Below are positions 59,149 to 62,085 of a stretch of 62,085 bases of DNA, piece after piece. The notes beneath the pieces are model-generated. The model did no database searches, was not told where the DNA came from, and saw only the letters and a program-made list of their open reading frames with translations. Both the position numbers and the translations under genes were made by a program. Position 1 is the first letter of the stretch, and every line of letters starts with the position of its first letter. The stretch comes from Candidatus Limisoma gallistercoris (lineage in GTDB: Bacteria; Bacteroidota; Bacteroidia; Bacteroidales; Muribaculaceae), in assembly GCA_018712365.1 (NCBI GenBank), contig DVHD01000113.1:1-62085 (forward strand). The letters are read 5' to 3'.

Positions 59149-60660
59149 ATGAAAAAATTAGGAATATTTTTGATGTCGGCCGCGGCTCTCGGTTTCACCG
59201 CCTGCGACGACTACGAGGAAGTTGCCCCGCAAAGCAACCCGCAGCAGACCATCATGTCGGTCGACGGACTGGAGGTTGCTTTGACTGACGCAATGAAGTC
59301 GGCAATCGACCTCGGCACAATGGAGGGCGACTCCATAGAGATGATTACAACGACGGCCACCCCGGAACTCAACGAGGGCGTTTATTTCAACTACAACGTG
59401 GAGATAGCGGCCGACGAGGCTTTCACCCAAGTGCAGAATTTTGCCCTTTCCGACGAGGGCAAGCTCTACAAGGGCGACCTTGACAACGCTTTCCGCACAA
59501 TGTTCGGCAAGACCCCGAACGCCCGCACGATGTACTTCCGCTTCGTGCCTTATATGACCGACGGCACGTCGAGGGTGCTCTTCAAGAAAGACACTTACCT
59601 CGCGGCCACTTCGCAGCAGGTCACTCCGGTGAGCCTCGGCATCGTGGTTGAGGACGCTTATTATATTGTCACCGACTCTTGGTTCGGCGCGGGATGGGAG
59701 AATACTCTCATTCAGATGGAGCACAGTGATGCCGACGTGTACGATGATGCCCAATTCACGGCAACGATTGATGTTCCGGCCGACGGCTTCTACATCATGG
59801 CGGCTTCCGACGTGCAGAAAGCACTTGCCGACCCGGGCAACGAGTTCACATACACTTTCAACCCGTTTGTCGACGAAAAGGGCAGTATGTGGTACGAAGG
59901 CGACTTGCAGTATGGCACGGGCACTCCGTTCTCCATCACTACGGAAAACAATTTCCGCATCACGATAAACATGCTGGACCGTACATACGAATTGACCGAG
60001 TTGATTCCGACGCTGTATATCATCGGCGACTTCTGCGGATGGGACTGGAACAATGCCACAGAGATGGTGCCGGGCTACGACAATGTGGGCGATACCGGCA
60101 AGTTCTGGAGCGTGGTTTATATCGGTTCGGAATCGGGCAAGGGCGTTAAGTTCAACGGCGCACGCGAATGGGACGGCAACGAGTTCGGCTACGGCGGCGC
60201 TACCCTTGTGTCGAACGTTGACGGCGTTTCCTTCGTTGACGACGGCGGCAACATCGGTGTAAGCAAGTCGGGATGGTACATAATCGGCGTGGAGAAGGTG
60301 GCCAACGGCGCGTCCTACGATTATACCGTAAACTTGTTCCCGGCCAATGTATATGTATATGGCGACTGTACCGGCGGGTTGTGGGAAGACCGTGCTGAAT
60401 GGCTGTTCACTGTTCCTGCTACTGCCGACGGCGAGTTTGTATCGCCGGCGCTTGCGGCCGACGGCGCGCTCCGTCTGTGCGTTCACCCGATGAATGCTGA
60501 CGGCACTGCATGGATAGGCGACTGGTGGAAGTCGGAGTTCATATTCTATGATGGAAAGATTGCCTATCGCGGCAAGGGCGGCGATCAGGCTGCCGTACAG
60601 GCACAGGCAGGACAGCAGGTTTACCTGAACTTCACTACCGGCGATGCCCGCGCGGAATAA
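59149..60660 (+). CDS. SusE/SusF-like outer-membrane lipoprotein (paralog)
   Basis: Lipobox GFTAC. The C-terminal region FPANVYVYGDCTGGLWEDRAEWLFTVPATADGEFVSPALA parallels MPAEIYIYGDCAGGVWANDPAWMFTVPETADGVFTSPALA in the preceding gene. Confidence 0.7.
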   Translation: MKKLGIFLMSAAALGFTACDDYEEVAPQSNPQQTIMSVDGLEVALTDAMKSAIDLGTMEGDSIEMITTTATPELNEGVYFNYNVEIAADEAFTQVQNFALSDEGKLYKGDLDNAFRTMFGKTPNARTMYFRFVPYMTDGTSRVLFKKDTYLAATSQQVTPVSLGIVVEDAYYIVTDSWFGAGWENTLIQMEHSDADVYDDAQFTATIDVPADGFYIMAASDVQKALADPGNEFTYTFNPFVDEKGSMWYEGDLQYGTGTPFSITTENNFRITINMLDRTYELTELIPTLYIIGDFCGWDWNNATEMVPGYDNVGDTGKFWSVVYIGSESGKGVKFNGAREWDGNEFGYGGATLVSNVDGVSFVDDGGNIGVSKSGWYIIGVEKVANGASYDYTVNLFPANVYVYGDCTGGLWEDRAEWLFTVPATADGEFVSPALAADGALRLCVHPMNADGTAWIGDWWKSEFIFYDGKIAYRGKGGDQAAVQAQAGQQVYLNFTTGDARAE

Positions 60661-60683
60661 TAGGAATTGTTTAGCATTACGAT

Positions 60684-60721
60684 AAAGAGACGTGTCCCGT
60701 CGAGGGGCGCGTCTCTTTTTT
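60684..60721 (+). terminator. Rho-independent terminator of the PUL
   Basis: A 9-bp stem AAAGAGACG / CGTCTCTTT with a 17-nt loop, running into a T-run. Confidence 0.75.
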
Positions 60722-60753
60722 AATATGCCTTTCCGTGAAGCGGGCTTGCCTTT

Positions 60754-60912
60754 GGGGATAAGAGAGCCTCGTGGAGGTCGCGCTTGAAGCAATTATGCTA
60801 TGGGTGCGACCTCCACGAGGCCGATTCCTTTGTCCGCTACCTACCCACGGCCAAGGCCGCGGGTTACTCGGCAACAGCCCCCACGGGGCTGGCTTCATCG
60901 TCGGCTGCGCAC
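60754..60912. repeat. X-family intergenic repeat, compact copy
   Basis: A 15-bp perfect inverted repeat CCTCGTGGAGGTCGC (60767-81) / GCGACCTCCACGAGG (60806-20). Then the hairpins CCCACGGCC-AA-GGCCGCGGG and AGCCCC-CAC-GGGGCT. Confidence 0.7.
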
Positions 60913-60992
60913 CGATGCCTTGATACCGTGCGCTACCCAATAGGGTCGATGGCTCTCCACCGCTTTCATCTTTCAACGCTTGTCCTTTGCTC

Positions 60993-61790
60993 TCAAATGG
61001 TCTGCGAGGTCTCCTCTGCACCGAGTACGGACAGGTAGCTTTTTAAAGATGATATTTCGTTCTCTATGACAAGCCGCTGGAACGGCGCAGGGTCGGTGTG
61101 CGAGGCTTCCAAAGCGTCGTAGTATGCGCGTCGTGCCTCGTCATTCCCTTTCAGGTTTACAATCGTGTAGCCGTGGCGCAGCAGGTACAAGTTCATCAGC
61201 AGGCGTGATGTGCGTCCGTTTCCGTCGATAAAAGGGTGTATGCGCACTAATGCTTCGTGCAGGTATGCGGCAATTAATACAGGATGTGCGTTGGCGGTTT
61301 CCATTTCGCGGAAATGAGCCATGAACGCTTCCATTTGCTCCGCAAGCTGGTAGGGCTGTGGCGGCGTGTGGCTGCTTCCGCTTATCCTTACAGGCACGGA
61401 GCGGTAACGTCCGGCATTCTCGCGGTTGATGCCGTGCAGCACGAGCGCATGTATTTCCTTGATAGTGGTTTCTGCTATTTCAACGTCGCTTTTTGCAAAG
61501 TCCCGTATGTAGTCTATGGCTTCGGCGTGGTTGATGGCTTCCAAGTGTTCGCGCATGGATTTTCCGGCGATTGTCACGCCCTCGTTCACTACAAGCTCCG
61601 TTTCCTGTAGGGTGAGCGTATTGCCCTCAATGCGGTTGCTTTCGTAGGTGTATTCGATATTGTAGGCTTCCTCTATCTTTTTAAGAGCCTCGGCAGGCAG
61701 GGGGCGCAGGTTTGCGAGCCGTGTTTTCAGGGAGTCGCATTCTTGCAGGAGCGCAATTGTATCAGCCTTTACGTTCATTGTTGAATCCAT
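60993..61790 (-). CDS. Fic-family protein (AMPylase type) with an N-terminal auto-inhibitory motif
   Basis: Fic motif HPFIDGNGRTSRLLMN. Inhibitory helix motif S-x-x-x-E-G in YESNRIEGNTLT. Start is probably 61790 or 61778, downstream of the promoter box. Confidence 0.85.
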   Translation of the reverse strand: MDSTMNVKADTIALLQECDSLKTRLANLRPLPAEALKKIEEAYNIEYTYESNRIEGNTLTLQETELVVNEGVTIAGKSMREHLEAINHAEAIDYIRDFAKSDVEIAETTIKEIHALVLHGINRENAGRYRSVPVRISGSSHTPPQPYQLAEQMEAFMAHFREMETANAHPVLIAAYLHEALVRIHPFIDGNGRTSRLLMNLYLLRHGYTIVNLKGNDEARRAYYDALEASHTDPAPFQRLVIENEISSLKSYLSVLGAEETSQTI

Positions 61791-61815
61791 ACGGGTAATT
61801 GTTCGCATCTTAGTG

Positions 61816-61823
61816 CAAAGATA
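61816..61823 (-). promoter_or_regulatory. -7 box TATCTTTG for fic
   Basis: Reverse complement of caaagata matches TAnnTTTG. A second, similar box with similar flanks lies at 61892-61899. Confidence 0.45.
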
Positions 61824-61982
61824 GCGAAAGTCGAGGGTAAAACAACCAAACTTGATTGGAATTGTTTTACCGAGACGCATCCTGTCTTATCCAAAGATAA
61901 CGAAAGGCGGGAGAAAAACAAAAATAAAAGCGGCTGGAAATCATTTGATTCCCAACGGTAGAGTCCAACAGCAAAAGCAAAA

Positions 61983-62085
61983 TTAGTCGAAGTTTCTGAA
62001 GAAACAACATTTAGGCGAGTCAAAGTTGAGTTTTTCCCTTGGCCTTCTGTTGATTTTATGCTGCACCTTTTTGATGTATGCATCG
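61983..62085 (-). mobile_element. 3' end of an IS30-family transposase gene (partial, runs off the window)
   Basis: Minus-strand frame from 62084 reads DAYIKKVQHKINRRPREKLNFDSPKCCFFRNFD-stop. The INxRPRxxLxFxSP segment is the conserved C-terminal signature of IS30 transposases. Confidence 0.6.

Noticed and set aside
56052-60792. 239-, 257- and 544-aa ORFs antisense to the SusD and SusE/F-like genes
   Set aside because: These are shadow ORFs opposite genes with lipoboxes and family motifs. Their composition is V/R/H/A-skewed.

Overview
This 62-kb window looks like a chromosomal segment of a fairly GC-rich Bacteroidota (Bacteroidales-type) genome. The phylum call rests on a SusC/SusD pair, T9SS C-terminal sorting domains, and TAnnTTTG -7 promoter boxes in front of most transcription units; it is an inference, not a database hit. 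All GC statements are by eye and no statistics were computed.

Most genes are housekeeping: tRNA-Leu and tRNA-Arg, obg, pgeF, rpmA-rplU, gpmI, korAB, a full lplA-gcvT-gcvH-gcvPA-gcvPB-lpdA glycine-cleavage cluster, gyrB, purD, a THUMP methyltransferase, cysE, a GH3 hydrolase, an RsmF-like methyltransferase and a ThrE exporter pair.

Several AT-richer accessory islets interrupt this backbone:
- A single 1639-aa gene fusing a DEDD exonuclease, a RecQ core and a UvrD-like helicase (3.7-8.6 kb).
- A TacT/AtaT-like GNAT toxin with a small upstream ORF, an orphan vsr, an LRR lipoprotein and an AraC regulator (24.9-29.2 kb).
- An OMP plus lipoprotein pair, a NUMOD3 remnant and a BspA-like gene broken by an in-frame TGA (36.1-39.3 kb).
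- A Fic gene next to the 3' end of an IS30-family transposase at the right edge.

Surface and secreted functions include a T9SS endonuclease I, a roughly 1930-aa FG-GAP/T9SS protein, and a susC-susD-susE/F-like PUL with no enzyme or regulator in view.

The most unusual signal is non-coding. At least four interlocking families of intergenic hairpin repeats occupy about eleven gene junctions. Their stems show compensatory base changes and one hairpin loop is conserved (CTGCGCTCCGCT). One roughly 220-nt composite is present in near-identical copies bracketing whole genes.

A GC-rich 807-aa orphan protein bounded by these arrays, and the exonuclease-RecQ-UvrD fusion, are the best protein-level candidates for undescribed biology. 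No CRISPR array, rRNA, prophage or complete mobile element was seen.
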